In this document: positions 29,120 through 39,245 of the stretch, piece after piece | How positions within the stretch are numbered: position 1 is the first letter of the stretch | Layout of the letters: each line of letters begins with the position of its first letter | Virus record (IMG/VR): IMGVR_UViG_2734482548_000013 | Source: a virus | Taxonomy: Duplodnaviria > Heunggongvirae > Uroviricota > Caudoviricetes | Direction: 5' to 3' (one strand) | DNA length: 39,818 bases | Notes under the pieces: generated by a model | The model's database searches: none | Told to the model about the DNA's origin: nothing | What the model saw: only the letters and a program-made list of their open reading frames with translations | Position numbers and translations under genes: made by a program

Positions 29120-29143
29120 GGCTACCTTCGGGTGGCCTTTTTT
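29120..29143 (+). terminator. Intrinsic terminator with UUCG tetraloop inside the head gene cluster
   Basis: GGCUACC uucg GGUGGCC stem (one G-U pair) followed by TTTTTT, just after the morphogenesis gene stop. Confidence 0.55.
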
Positions 29144-29203
29144 ATTGCTGCGATCCGGATGGTGAGCAGCGTAACTGTCGGAAGACTTAAACCAGGTACT
29201 AAT

Positions 29204-29968
29204 ATGAAACTGAAAACGGTCGAGATTAACGGAAAACAATACGCAGAAATTGATACTGCTGGCCTGCCAGTTTATGTGCACGACGATGGTAAAGAAATTG
29301 GCTTCGATGCACCGCTGGCGACAAAAAAAATTACAGAGCTTAATGGCGAGGCAAAAAATCATCGCCTGGCTAAAGAAGCTGCAGAGGAAAAACTGGCTAA
29401 GTTTGCCGCTATCGAAGACCCGAAGAAGGCGATCGAGGCACTGGAAATGCTGTCAAAAATCGACCAGAAAAAGCTGCTCGATGCGGGACAGGTTGACCAG
29501 GTTAAGGCAGAAATTACGAAAAATTTTCAGCAGCAATTAGATGAAGAAAAGCAACGCTCTCAGATGCTGGAGAAGCAGCTTTACGATTCTATGATTGGCG
29601 GTAGTTTTGCGGGTTCAAAATATATTGCCGATAAAATTGCGATCCCGGCAGATTTATTACAAGCCCGCTTCGGGCAGGCATTCAAAGTGGAAGAAGGGAG
29701 GATCGTTGCTTATGACGCTTCCGGCAACAAAATTTATTCCCGCGCGAAGCCTGGCGAACTGGCGCAGTTTGATGAGGCGCTGGAGTTCCTTGTCGAAAAT
29801 TACCCTCAGAAAGACTACATCCTGAAAGCCAGTGGCAACAATGGCGGCGGCTCCCGTCCGACACAGCATGATATTGGTCAGAAAACGATGAAACGCTCTG
29901 CTTTTGATGCACTGGATGTTGCAGGTAAGCAAAACGCATTGAAAGACGGTATCACAATCGTTGATTAA
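29204..29968 (+). CDS. Putative head scaffolding protein
   Basis: Charged, helix-rich ORF immediately upstream of the major capsid gene; start at internal Met MKLKTVEINGK. Confidence 0.5.
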   Translation: MKLKTVEINGKQYAEIDTAGLPVYVHDDGKEIGFDAPLATKKITELNGEAKNHRLAKEAAEEKLAKFAAIEDPKKAIEALEMLSKIDQKKLLDAGQVDQVKAEITKNFQQQLDEEKQRSQMLEKQLYDSMIGGSFAGSKYIADKIAIPADLLQARFGQAFKVEEGRIVAYDASGNKIYSRAKPGELAQFDEALEFLVENYPQKDYILKASGNNGGGSRPTQHDIGQKTMKRSAFDALDVAGKQNALKDGITIVD

Positions 29969-30066
29969 CACATTTGTCAGCTTCCGGATGGGAGCTGGTG
30001 TCAGGGCTGGATAGCTCATTACTCCATCTATTCACAATTACGCAAATTTTTAAGGAATATTTAATT

Positions 30067-31206
30067 ATGGCTGGAAATACCCTGACCGGGTTGATCCCGA
30101 CTATTTATACCGCCCTGGATGTTGTATCCCGTGAGCAGGTAGGTTTTATCCCTGCGGTAGCAAAAAACGCAAAAGCTGACGCCGCAGCAAAAGATCAGAC
30201 GGTAACCGCGCCAGTTGCGCCTGAGGCGAAAACCGAAGATATCGTACCGGGGCCGTCAGCTCCGAATACCGGTGATCAAAATATTGGCACTGTTGATGTA
30301 AAAATTACTAAATCCAAAATGGCACCGGTTAAATGGAATGGTGAAGAACAACTGGCTCTTGGCCCTTCAGGGACTTACAACACCATTCTGGCTGATCAGT
30401 TCAAGCAGGCTTTTCGCGCCCTTGCAAACGAGGTTGAGGCTGATCTTGGTGCGTTGTATTTCGGTGCTTCCCGCGCCGTGGGAACCGCAGGGACAACGCC
30501 GTTTGGTGTTAAAGATGATCTTTCTGATGCTGCTCTGGCTCGTCAGGTTCTGGAGGATAACGGCGCACCGACAACCGATCTGCAGATGGTGCTTGGCTCC
30601 ACTGCCATTGCTAATTTGCGCGGAAAACAGTCTGTATTGTTTAAAGTGAATGAATCCGGCACTGAACAGCTACTGCGTGAGGGCGTGTTGGGGCGTCTGG
30701 AGGGATTCAATATTCACAGTTCGGCAGGTGTGAAACGAGCGCCAAAGGTTGCTGCAACTGGTTATCTCGTGAATGGAGAGAAAAAAGAAGGCGATGTTCT
30801 TATTTCCATTGATACTGGTTCGGGGAGTATTTCTGCAGGTCAGATTGTTACGTTCGCTGGTGATCCGAATCAGTATGTTGTGGCAGCAGCGACCAGCAAT
30901 CTGATTACTCTTGCAGCGCCCGGACTGCGTCAGGATCTGGCCGATGATACTGCCATCACAGTTGTTGGGGCCTTTACTGCAAATATGGCGTTTGATCGCA
31001 ACGCGTTTCTGCTGGCATCCCGTACTCCGGCAATGCCGGAAGGTGGCGATAATGCTGATGATGTAATGAATGTTACGGACCCGATTTCAGGGATTACGTT
31101 CCAGATTGCACTGTATCGTCAGTATCGCCAGGTGCGCTATGAAGTTGGACTGGCATGGGGTGTTTCATCAGTGAAGCCGGCACATGGTTGTCTGATTCTT
31201 GGTTAA
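30067..31206 (+). CDS. Major capsid protein
   Basis: About 380 aa starting MAGNTLTGLIP after an AAGGA SD; follows the scaffold gene. Confidence 0.65.
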   Translation: MAGNTLTGLIPTIYTALDVVSREQVGFIPAVAKNAKADAAAKDQTVTAPVAPEAKTEDIVPGPSAPNTGDQNIGTVDVKITKSKMAPVKWNGEEQLALGPSGTYNTILADQFKQAFRALANEVEADLGALYFGASRAVGTAGTTPFGVKDDLSDAALARQVLEDNGAPTTDLQMVLGSTAIANLRGKQSVLFKVNESGTEQLLREGVLGRLEGFNIHSSAGVKRAPKVAATGYLVNGEKKEGDVLISIDTGSGSISAGQIVTFAGDPNQYVVAAATSNLITLAAPGLRQDLADDTAITVVGAFTANMAFDRNAFLLASRTPAMPEGGDNADDVMNVTDPISGITFQIALYRQYRQVRYEVGLAWGVSSVKPAHGCLILG

Positions 31207-31248
31207 ACATTCAAACGGGGCTTCGGCCCCATTTTTAATGGGGGGCAT

Positions 31249-31425
31249 ATGGCCGGATTAACTAAAGAGCAAAGAGCACAGCGTGAAGCCGCACAAAAAA
31301 CGCAAATTGAGTTAGTGGTTATGGTGACCGATTATCAGATGTTTCCCGGCGCACCAACTATCGCTAATGTTCATCCTGATGAAGTTGACAACTGGAAGGC
31401 TATGGGCTGGAAAACTCAGGAGTAA
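31249..31425 (+). CDS. Small hypothetical head-region protein (58 aa)
   Basis: Hand-translated ORF MAGLTKEQRAQREAAQKTQIELVVMVTDYQMFPGAPTIANVHPDEVDNWKAMGWKTQE filling the gap between the capsid gene and the next gene; below the track cutoff. Confidence 0.3.
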   Translation: MAGLTKEQRAQREAAQKTQIELVVMVTDYQMFPGAPTIANVHPDEVDNWKAMGWKTQE

Positions 31426-31428
31426 CAC

Positions 31429-31824
31429 ATGATCACTTACGTGACCTGTGATGACGTTGATAATGCGTTTGGGAACGCCTGGACGAGTGAGAACGCTAAA
31501 AATAAAGCTGTTTTAATGGCTAATGCCTGGCTTAATGGCTTCAACCTGAAAATTAACCCATCCCGTATTCCGGAAGAGGTAAAACTTGCGGGAGCATATG
31601 CAGCCAGAATTGCCTCATTCGGTAAGTTGTTTCAGCAGAAAAATGATTCTGGCGTTGTTATCAGTAAAGCCGTGTCGGCTGACGGGGTCAGTGTATCGAA
31701 ATCATTTTCTGAGTTGCCAGCAAACAGCACTGCATTGCTTGAACCCGATTTACAGCTTGCGATAGCACTGCTGAAACCGTACGGACTTAGTCGCTCACAA
31801 GTCAGGGTTGTGAGGGGGGGATAA
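31429..31824 (+). CDS. Head-tail connector / head completion protein (by position)
   Basis: 131-aa ORF in a tightly packed head-tail joining block. Confidence 0.4.
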   Translation: MITYVTCDDVDNAFGNAWTSENAKNKAVLMANAWLNGFNLKINPSRIPEEVKLAGAYAARIASFGKLFQQKNDSGVVISKAVSADGVSVSKSFSELPANSTALLEPDLQLAIALLKPYGLSRSQVRVVRGG

Positions 31825-32207
31825 TGGGGCTTCGTGAAGAGATTCAGTCAGAGGTTGCCGCTGCTTTTGATGAGGATTTAGCGGACGCCGTGAGTGATTT
31901 TTCTGGTTCTTACGTTACGCACCGGCACTGGGATCCTGTGACGGAAACTGGCGGCGAATCCACCGCAATCTATACCGGGCGAGGCGTGTTGACACGTTAT
32001 AAGCTGGGCAGAATTGATGGGATTAATATTTTGCATGGTGACCTTAAATTAACCGCTCTGGTATGCGAGGTTACGGATAAACCAGCTGTCGACCATATTA
32101 TTGAGATTTATGATCCTGTATCAAGGCAGTTACAACGATACGAGGTAATTACAGCAAGTGTAGATCCTTCCGCATCAGTTTACTCTATCCAGTTAAGGAG
32201 AGCGTAA
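31824..32207 (+). CDS. Head-tail joining protein (by position)
   Basis: 127-aa ORF whose start overlaps the upstream stop. Confidence 0.4.
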   Translation: MGLREEIQSEVAAAFDEDLADAVSDFSGSYVTHRHWDPVTETGGESTAIYTGRGVLTRYKLGRIDGINILHGDLKLTALVCEVTDKPAVDHIIEIYDPVSRQLQRYEVITASVDPSASVYSIQLRRA

Positions 32208-32588
32208 ATGGCAAAGGCATGGGATATAGAACCGTCAATATTTGCCGGGATGATTGAGGAAGATGTAGGGCTGAAGATTCGCTACATCGCTATGCAGATT
32301 CTTACTGCTATTGATATTGCTGCTCCGGTTGATACCGGACGTTTCAGAAATAACAACCTGGTGTCGTTACAGCATCCCGATTTTGGTATATCTGATAACG
32401 TGGATCCGAACGGTACGATTGCTGTTCAGCGTGGGATCGGGGTTATTTCGAAAGCTGCAAATTACGGGGTTATTTATATCCAGAATAACCTTCCTTATGC
32501 AGAGGCTCTTGAAAACGGTCATTCACAACAAGCGCCAACTGGCGTGTATGCCAACGCTTTTCATGGTGTTTTACAGGCTTACAAATGA
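32208..32588 (+). CDS. HK97 gp10-like tail component
   Basis: DTGRFRNN motif resembling the gp10-family signature; position before the tail tube gene. Confidence 0.55.
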   Translation: MAKAWDIEPSIFAGMIEEDVGLKIRYIAMQILTAIDIAAPVDTGRFRNNNLVSLQHPDFGISDNVDPNGTIAVQRGIGVISKAANYGVIYIQNNLPYAEALENGHSQQAPTGVYANAFHGVLQAYK

Positions 32589-32977
32589 AGTTTACTGAAA
32601 TCAGAAATACGGTTATTTCCAGAATGACGGCACAGACGATTATTGATGGAAAAGACGTATTGTATCCGAACGGGCCAACGTTCGATCCTTCCGGTAAGTT
32701 AATCTGGGCGCGGTTAAGTAATATTCCCGGGCAGGCTGGAGTTAATGAAATTGGCGCGGGGCCGGTTGTTTATCGCACGGGGATAATCATTATTCAGTTA
32801 TTTGTCCCCGCAGGTTCTGGTTCAAAACTCATTACTGAGACAGCCGATAAATTGCGGGAACTGTTTGAGTTTCAGGATGACGATCGTCTCAGTTACCAGG
32901 CTGTTTCCTCAATAGCCGTTGGCGAAAAGAATGGCTGGTTCCAGCTTAATCTTCAAATTCCATATCGCGCGCTCTAG
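32585..32977 (+). CDS. Tail completion / terminator protein (by position)
   Basis: 130-aa ORF immediately upstream of the major tail gene. Confidence 0.45.
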   Translation: MKFTEIRNTVISRMTAQTIIDGKDVLYPNGPTFDPSGKLIWARLSNIPGQAGVNEIGAGPVVYRTGIIIIQLFVPAGSGSKLITETADKLRELFEFQDDDRLSYQAVSSIAVGEKNGWFQLNLQIPYRAL

Positions 32978-33003
32978 CGCAATTAATGACATAGGAGGCT
33001 CCT

Positions 33004-33966
33004 GTGAGTTCAGGTGCAAAGGTTATCTCGGCATTTATCCGGGAGACGGTTGCAGGCACTACGCCAGCAAGTGGTGACTGGAGTTTATTAAAACGCACAA
33101 GCTGGGGAGTAAAACCCACCCAGAATAAAGGCGAAAATAATGAGATTGGTGGCTCCCGGATGGCTCAGGGGGCGACGCCTGGCACTGTGGATGTCGGCGG
33201 TGATGTTGGTACCAAATTTCGCTGGGGTCAACATGATGATTTTCTTGCATCCTGTTTCGGCGCGGAATGGTCAGGCGATTCTCTGACAATGGGGAATGAG
33301 CGAATAACATTTTCTCTGGCGACCTATGCGTCCGATGTCGGAATTGCCTCTGTCGTCAGAGGAGCGCAGGTTGGCTCATGGAAAATGCAGATCCCTAACG
33401 ACGGCGATATTACAGCGACCGTAACCTTTGCCGGACTGGACTGGGAATCAAAGGCCGATGATACGAATTTTATCAAAGGCGAACCTGTGGATAGTGCAGG
33501 AAAGCTACGTTATTCGTTTAAGGAGGTTTCAGCAGTAAGCCTGAATGGTGTTGCCGGAGGTAACGGTTTTTGTATCGACAGTTTTGATATTCAGTTCGAT
33601 AACAAACTCCAGACACAGCGTTGTATCGGGACTGGCTCGCCTTATGCAGGAGCAAATATTCCGACTACTTTTACACCGTCCGGTACGGTGACGCTTTCAT
33701 GGTCTAAAGCCGCGTGGGAAATCTGGAGTAAAACACTGACTGGAGAAACAGTTCCGTTCAGCTTCACGCTTTCGAATGGAGAGGGGGCATACACTTTCAG
33801 TTTCCCGAAGGTTCAGGTGTCAGGTGAATGGCCTGATGGGGGTAATAGCGACATTATCCAGGTTCAATTGAGCATTACCGCAGCAGATGAAGCACCTACG
33901 ATAACCAGAAAAAAAAATTCCCCGGCTGCCGTGATCGCAAAAGCCAGTGCTGAGGCGATTAGTTGA
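33004..33966 (+). CDS. Major tail (tube) protein
   Basis: GTG start after AGGAGG SD; 320 aa; position equivalent to lambda V. Confidence 0.55.
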   Translation: MSSGAKVISAFIRETVAGTTPASGDWSLLKRTSWGVKPTQNKGENNEIGGSRMAQGATPGTVDVGGDVGTKFRWGQHDDFLASCFGAEWSGDSLTMGNERITFSLATYASDVGIASVVRGAQVGSWKMQIPNDGDITATVTFAGLDWESKADDTNFIKGEPVDSAGKLRYSFKEVSAVSLNGVAGGNGFCIDSFDIQFDNKLQTQRCIGTGSPYAGANIPTTFTPSGTVTLSWSKAAWEIWSKTLTGETVPFSFTLSNGEGAYTFSFPKVQVSGEWPDGGNSDIIQVQLSITAADEAPTITRKKNSPAAVIAKASAEAIS

Positions 33967-34080
33967 TTTTCCGTTATTCCTCCTGTGGTACTGCCCTACA
34001 GGGGGACGCATTGAATGAGGTTATGGATGTTTATTCTTAATCAGAAAATTATCATTGGTGGAGAACGCTGGTTTACGCCA

Positions 34081-34291
34081 ATGAAGGACTTAAAACCTGT
34101 AGACGGGTTAAAACTGTTGGTGGCAAGCAGCGATAACGATCAGTATCGCTCCCGTAATGCATTAATCCGTCGCCACATTGAGAAAATGGATGCCAGTTTG
34201 CACGTCGGAACGAAGGAGTTTGATATTTCAAAGGTTTCCGAGGTGGATTCTGTTGATGATTTACTCATTGATAATGCCGCTCGTTATCTGC
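34081..34291 (+). CDS. Tail assembly chaperone, 5' part, truncated by the assembly gap
   Basis: ORF starting MKDLKPVDGLKLLVASSDNDQY running into the N-run; position equivalent to lambda G. Confidence 0.4.
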
Positions 34292-34565
34292 NNNNNNNNN
34301 NNNNNNNNNNNNNNNNNNNNNNNNNNNNNNNNNNNNNNNNNNNNNNNNNNNNNNNNNNNNNNNNNNNNNNNNNNNNNNNNNNNNNNNNNNNNNNNNNNNN
34401 NNNNNNNNNNNNNNNNNNNNNNNNNNNNNNNNNNNNNNNNNNNNNNNNNNNNNNNNNNNNNNNNNNNNNNNNNNNNNNNNNNNNNNNNNNNNNNNNNNNN
34501 NNNNNNNNNNNNNNNNNNNNNNNNNNNNNNNNNNNNNNNNNNNNNNNNNNNNNNNNNNNNNNNNN
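34292..34565. other. Assembly gap (274 nt of N)
   Basis: Uninterrupted run of n characters in the sequence. Confidence 1.
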
Positions 34566-34812
34566 AGAAAAACTCAGGTTGCCACCGATACCGGAACCAG
34601 AAATAGACCCGGTGCTTAAGGAGTTGTTGTACGCCTATTCGGTAATATCCCGTGCCCGACGTTATGCTGGAATGGCTGGGGTGCCTTTGCCTTTATCTCT
34701 GACAGAGATAAATGAATATTTAGCCACTCATCCGGTATTGATTGAGCGCGATGAATTTGAAGCAGTGATCTTTGCACTGGATGACCAGTATTTTCAGGAG
34801 CAGTGTGTGTAG
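34566..34812 (+). CDS. Tail assembly chaperone, 3' part (possibly the frameshift-extension T-like portion), truncated by the gap
   Basis: Open frame resuming after the gap, ending ...DDQYFQEQCV before the tape measure gene; frame relation across the gap unknown. Confidence 0.35.
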
Positions 34813-34933
34813 TTGTTAATTACGTACACTCTGTTACAGAGATGTGATGGTGTCTTTAATTAAATCGATGATGCTCCTGGAGAAAAGCATTGCGTGGCCT
34901 CGTAATCGCTATATCTACTATTATGTCGCCTGA

Positions 34934-34958
34934 AACCCACTTCGCGGTGGGTTTTTTG
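34934..34958 (+). terminator. Intrinsic terminator-like hairpin upstream of the tape measure gene
   Basis: AACCCAC ttcgcg GTGGGTT followed by TTTTTTG. Confidence 0.5.
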
Positions 34959-34977
34959 TTGTCAGGAGTTTTAATAA

Positions 34978-37900
34978 ATGGCAGAGCAAACCTCGCGTCT
35001 CGCAATAATTATTGATAGCACTGGAGCGAAAAATAATGCTGACAATCTGACCTCCTCATTAGTCAAAATGACGCAGGCTGGGGAAACTGCTGCAAATAGC
35101 GCAGGGAAAGTGACTAAGGCAACAGAAGATGAGAAGAACGCGCTCGCAAAATTAAAAGCAGCTATTGATCCAGTTGGTGCCGCAATTGATACTGTCGGTC
35201 GACGCTATTCTGAATTAAAGAAATTTTTCGATAAAGGGCTTATTGATAAAGAAGAATATGAATTTCTTGTCCGTAAACTTAATGAAACCACAGAGGAATT
35301 GAGCGGGGTTGCGCAAGCGCAGAGAGAAGCCGAGAAGGCCGGAAAACTTGCTGCCGCCCAGCAGGAAGCGCAGGCTCAGGCCTTTCAAAGAATGCTGGAC
35401 AAGATCGACCCTCTGGCTGCGGCGCTAAGAAATCTTGAACAACAGCATGATGAACTTAATGCTGCGTTTGCATCCGGGAAAATAAATGGTTCTCAGTTTG
35501 AGAATTATAGCCGAAAAATACAGGAAACACGGCGAGAGCTTACCGGAGAGGCTCAGGCAGAGCGAGAAGCAGCAAAAGCGCATGATGAACAGGTTGTTGC
35601 TTTGCAACGTCTGATTGCTCAACTTGATCCTGTCGGAACTGCTTTTAATCGTCTGGTAGAACAACAGAAACAGCTCAATGAAGCAAAAGCTAAGGGGATG
35701 CTTTCTCCTGAAATGTATGAGGAGCTTTCTGGAAAACTTCGTGCTATGCGGAGTGAGCTTGAGGTTACTCAATCACAATTAAGCAAAACCGGAATGTCGG
35801 CAAAACAAACGGCTTTTGCTATGCGCATGTTGCCTGTACAAATGACGGATATTGTTGTTGGGTTGTCCACTGGTCAGTCGCCATTTATGGTGTTAATGCA
35901 GCAGGGCGGCCAGCTAAAAGATATGTTCGGTGGGATTGGCCCGGCGATCAAAGGTGTAGGTTCTTATGTGCTGGGATTAATTAATCCTTTTACCCTGGCC
36001 GCAGCAGCCGTTGGGGTCTTAGGACTGGCTTACTATAAAGGCTCTCAGGAGCAGGACGAATTTAATAAATCTCTTATTCTTACCGGAAATCAGTTGGGGA
36101 CAACCAGCGGGCAATTGGGCGATATAGCTCAACGTGCCGGGAATGCGGCTGATTCGACAACTGGTGCTGCGGCGGCAGTATTAAATCAGCTTGTGCGTTC
36201 GGGAAAGGTAGCGAGCAGTTCGCTGGAGCAAGTGACGACAGCGATAGTAAAAACGAGCGAAGTAACAGGAATATCAACCGAACAACTGGTTAATGACTTC
36301 AATGAAATTGCAAAGGATCCTGTCAGTGCCATATCAAAACTTAATGATCAGTACCATTTTCTGACACTTGCGACTTATAACCAGATTAAGGCGCTACAGG
36401 ATGAAGGGAACCAGCAGGAGGCCGCCCGCATTGCGACAGAAGAATACTCATCCTCAATGATCCAGCGCACCAACCAGATTAAAGAAAATCTTGGTTATCT
36501 TGAGACTGCATGGAAAGCTGTCGCAGACTCCGCAAAATGGGCATGGGATTCCATGCTGGATATTGGCCGTGAGGCCTCCCTTGATCAAAAAATCTCAGAT
36601 GTTCTCCGTCAAATTGATGAAATAGAAAAAAATACCCGACCCGGAGTTTTCGGGTTAGGTGGCATTGGAGATGGCGGAGCTCAAAATAAAAGGCTGGCAC
36701 GATTAAAGCAGCAATTGGGCGTACTTCAAGCAGAAAAAATTGCTCAGGACGTACTAAATTCATCAATAAACGATTACAACAAGCGACAACAGGAAGGAAT
36801 TGAACTCAGACAGAGAGCAGATGCCTTTTCAAAACAATATCAGACCCGGGAGCAGCAGAGAGCTAGTGAACTTGCAAAACTGGAAAAGCTAAAGAATCAG
36901 TATTCAAAGGAAGAATATAATAATCTTATCGCTCAAATAAATGAGCGTTATAAAGATCCAAAGCAACCAAAGGCGAAAGGTTATTCTGATGATGCAGCCC
37001 AACGAATGATTGATCATCTGAATCAACAGAATGCGTTACTAAGTTCACAAGCTGAGTTGACCGTTAAATTAAGTTCCTCTGAACAGGAACTGGTTAAGTG
37101 GCGTCAGCGGATTGCCGACCTAGAGTCACGACCATCATCGAAATTAACCCAGGATCAGAAATCGCTTCTCTTACACCGGGAAGAAATAACCACGTTGATG
37201 GAGAAAAATGTTGCGATTGAAAAAAATAACAGGCTAATCAAGGAATCCGCCGAAATAACAGCATGGCGTGATTCATTGCAGGCTTCGATTGATAATCGTC
37301 AGCAGGGGTATGATATTCAGATTGCTGGTTATGGGGTTGGCGATAAAAATCAGCAACGCCAGCAGGAATTACTGCGGATTGAACATGGATATAACAATCA
37401 GCGTCTGCAACTTGAACGTGACTATGCAGATAAATCCCGTGGAATGTCAGATCATGTTTTTCAAGAGAAAATGCAGGCTCTGAATGATGCTCTGGAACGG
37501 GAAAAAGAAATTGTCAGACAGAAAAACGAGCAGCTCGATATTCAGGCAGGAGACTGGGTTAGTGGTGCCTCCCAGGGATTCAATAACTGGCTGGATGACA
37601 CTAAGGATATCAGTGAGCAGATAAAATCAACCACGACTCAGATGTTTGATGGGATGACCGATGCGCTGGGTGATTTTGTCACGACAGGCAAGGCAAATTT
37701 TCGTTCTTTCGCTACTTCCGTGATTTCGGATCTTAGTCGAATAGCATTAAAGGCTTCAATTACTGGGATTTTCGACAGCATTAGTAACAGTTCTTCTGGG
37801 GGGATTTTAGGAACTATCGGGAGTGCTATTAGTAAATTTATTCCGAATGCAAAGGGCGGTGTTTATGAGTCTCCGTCATTGAGCACGTATTCGAACGGTA

Positions 37901-38211
37901 TTTATGATTCCCCGCAATTTTTTGCTTTTGCAAAAGGGGCTGGTGTTTTTGGTGAGGCTGGACCGGAAGCCATTATGCCATTAACACGAACTTCCGATGG
38001 TTCTCTTGGTGTCAGAGCTATTAATAGTAAAAGTGGTAATGGAGGCGGAGATATTACCTATGCCCCTGTATACCAAATCACTATTCAAAATGACGGCCAG
38101 AATGGAGAGATTGGCCCTCAGGCAATAAAAGCACTTATGGGGATGGTTGATCAGCGGGTGCAGGGCAATCTGTTAAATATGCGACGTGATGGGGGAATGT
38201 TAAGTGGCTAA
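34978..38211 (+). CDS. Tail tape measure protein
   Basis: 1077 aa; long coiled-coil N-terminal region, central hydrophobic segment, lambda H-like position before M, L, K. Confidence 0.9.
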   Translation: MAEQTSRLAIIIDSTGAKNNADNLTSSLVKMTQAGETAANSAGKVTKATEDEKNALAKLKAAIDPVGAAIDTVGRRYSELKKFFDKGLIDKEEYEFLVRKLNETTEELSGVAQAQREAEKAGKLAAAQQEAQAQAFQRMLDKIDPLAAALRNLEQQHDELNAAFASGKINGSQFENYSRKIQETRRELTGEAQAEREAAKAHDEQVVALQRLIAQLDPVGTAFNRLVEQQKQLNEAKAKGMLSPEMYEELSGKLRAMRSELEVTQSQLSKTGMSAKQTAFAMRMLPVQMTDIVVGLSTGQSPFMVLMQQGGQLKDMFGGIGPAIKGVGSYVLGLINPFTLAAAAVGVLGLAYYKGSQEQDEFNKSLILTGNQLGTTSGQLGDIAQRAGNAADSTTGAAAAVLNQLVRSGKVASSSLEQVTTAIVKTSEVTGISTEQLVNDFNEIAKDPVSAISKLNDQYHFLTLATYNQIKALQDEGNQQEAARIATEEYSSSMIQRTNQIKENLGYLETAWKAVADSAKWAWDSMLDIGREASLDQKISDVLRQIDEIEKNTRPGVFGLGGIGDGGAQNKRLARLKQQLGVLQAEKIAQDVLNSSINDYNKRQQEGIELRQRADAFSKQYQTREQQRASELAKLEKLKNQYSKEEYNNLIAQINERYKDPKQPKAKGYSDDAAQRMIDHLNQQNALLSSQAELTVKLSSSEQELVKWRQRIADLESRPSSKLTQDQKSLLLHREEITTLMEKNVAIEKNNRLIKESAEITAWRDSLQASIDNRQQGYDIQIAGYGVGDKNQQRQQELLRIEHGYNNQRLQLERDYADKSRGMSDHVFQEKMQALNDALEREKEIVRQKNEQLDIQAGDWVSGASQGFNNWLDDTKDISEQIKSTTTQMFDGMTDALGDFVTTGKANFRSFATSVISDLSRIALKASITGIFDSISNSSSGGILGTIGSAISKFIPNAKGGVYESPSLSTYSNGIYDSPQFFAFAKGAGVFGEAGPEAIMPLTRTSDGSLGVRAINSKSGNGGGDITYAPVYQITIQNDGQNGEIGPQAIKALMGMVDQRVQGNLLNMRRDGGMLSG

Positions 38212-38542
38212 TACGGAAGAATTTCACTGGTTACCAGAGGATGGAATGAAAACAGAAAATAAACCATCGATAAAAACTGTAAGATTTGGTGATGGTTATG
38301 AGCAACGAAGTCCAAATGGACTTAATCATTCTCTGCGCGTTTTCACCTGTGATTTCAAAGTTGAGGCGAATGAACGTGATTCATTTGAAAAATTTTTAGC
38401 CCGGCATGAAGGCTATAAATCTTTTTTTTGGCGCCCGCCGGGTATTAACAGAAAAATCAGAGTGGTGTGTCGAACGTGGTCAGCGACAGAACATATCACC
38501 TATACCGATTTTTCGTGTCAGTTTGACGAAGTGGTGATCTGA
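38204..38542 (+). CDS. Minor tail protein M (lambda gpM-like)
   Basis: [12 protein letters not shown]...FFWRPP...FDEVVI matches the gpM pattern as remembered. Confidence 0.85.
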   Translation: MANTEEFHWLPEDGMKTENKPSIKTVRFGDGYEQRSPNGLNHSLRVFTCDFKVEANERDSFEKFLARHEGYKSFFWRPPGINRKIRVVCRTWSATEHITYTDFSCQFDEVVI

Positions 38543-39240
38543 TGCAGGACATACAACAGGAAACGCTGAATGAATGCATTCGTGCGGAGCAGTCGGCCAG
38601 CGTGGTGCTCTGGGAAATCGACCTGACCGAGGTAGGCGGGGATCGCTACTTTTTCTGCAATGAGCAGAACGAGAAAGGAGAGTCTGTCACCTGGCAGAGT
38701 CGGCAGTATCAGGCCTATCCCATTCAGGGGAGTGGATTTGAGATGAACGGCAAAGGTGCCAGTGCAAGGCCAACGCTGAAAGTCTCTAATCTGCACGGCA
38801 TGGTCACCGGGATGGCGGAAGACCTGCAGAGTCTGGTCGGCGGAACGGTGGTCAGGCGTAAGGTTTACGCCCGTTTTCTGGATGCGGTGAACTTCGTCAA
38901 CGGAAACAGTGACGCCGATCCGGAGCAGGAGGTGATCAGCCGCTGGCGTATTGAGCAGTGCAGCGAACTGAGCGCGGTCAGTGCCTCCTTTGTACTGTCC
39001 ACGCCGACGGAAACGGACGGCGCTGTTTTTCCGGGGCGCATCATGCTTGCTAATACCTGCACCTGGACCTATCGCGGTGATGAGTGCGGTTATCACGGTC
39101 CGGCTGTCGCGGATGAATATGACCAGCCAACGTCCGATATCACGAAGGATAAATGCAGCAAATGCCTGAGCGGTTGTAAGTTCCGCAATAACGTCGGCAA
39201 CTTTGGCGGCTTCCTTTCCATTAACAAACTTTCGCAGTAA
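38542..39240 (+). CDS. Minor tail protein L (lambda gpL-like)
   Basis: 232 aa with C-terminal Cys cluster CTWTYRGDECGY...CSKCLSGC typical of gpL. Confidence 0.85.
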   Translation: MQDIQQETLNECIRAEQSASVVLWEIDLTEVGGDRYFFCNEQNEKGESVTWQSRQYQAYPIQGSGFEMNGKGASARPTLKVSNLHGMVTGMAEDLQSLVGGTVVRRKVYARFLDAVNFVNGNSDADPEQEVISRWRIEQCSELSAVSASFVLSTPTETDGAVFPGRIMLANTCTWTYRGDECGYHGPAVADEYDQPTSDITKDKCSKCLSGCKFRNNVGNFGGFLSINKLSQ

Positions 39241-39245
39241 ATCCC

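Noticed and set aside
34015-34812. Single 265-aa ORF spanning the N-run
   Set aside because: The frame is carried through 274 N as X residues; the gap length and frame are arbitrary, so it is reported as two truncated pieces.
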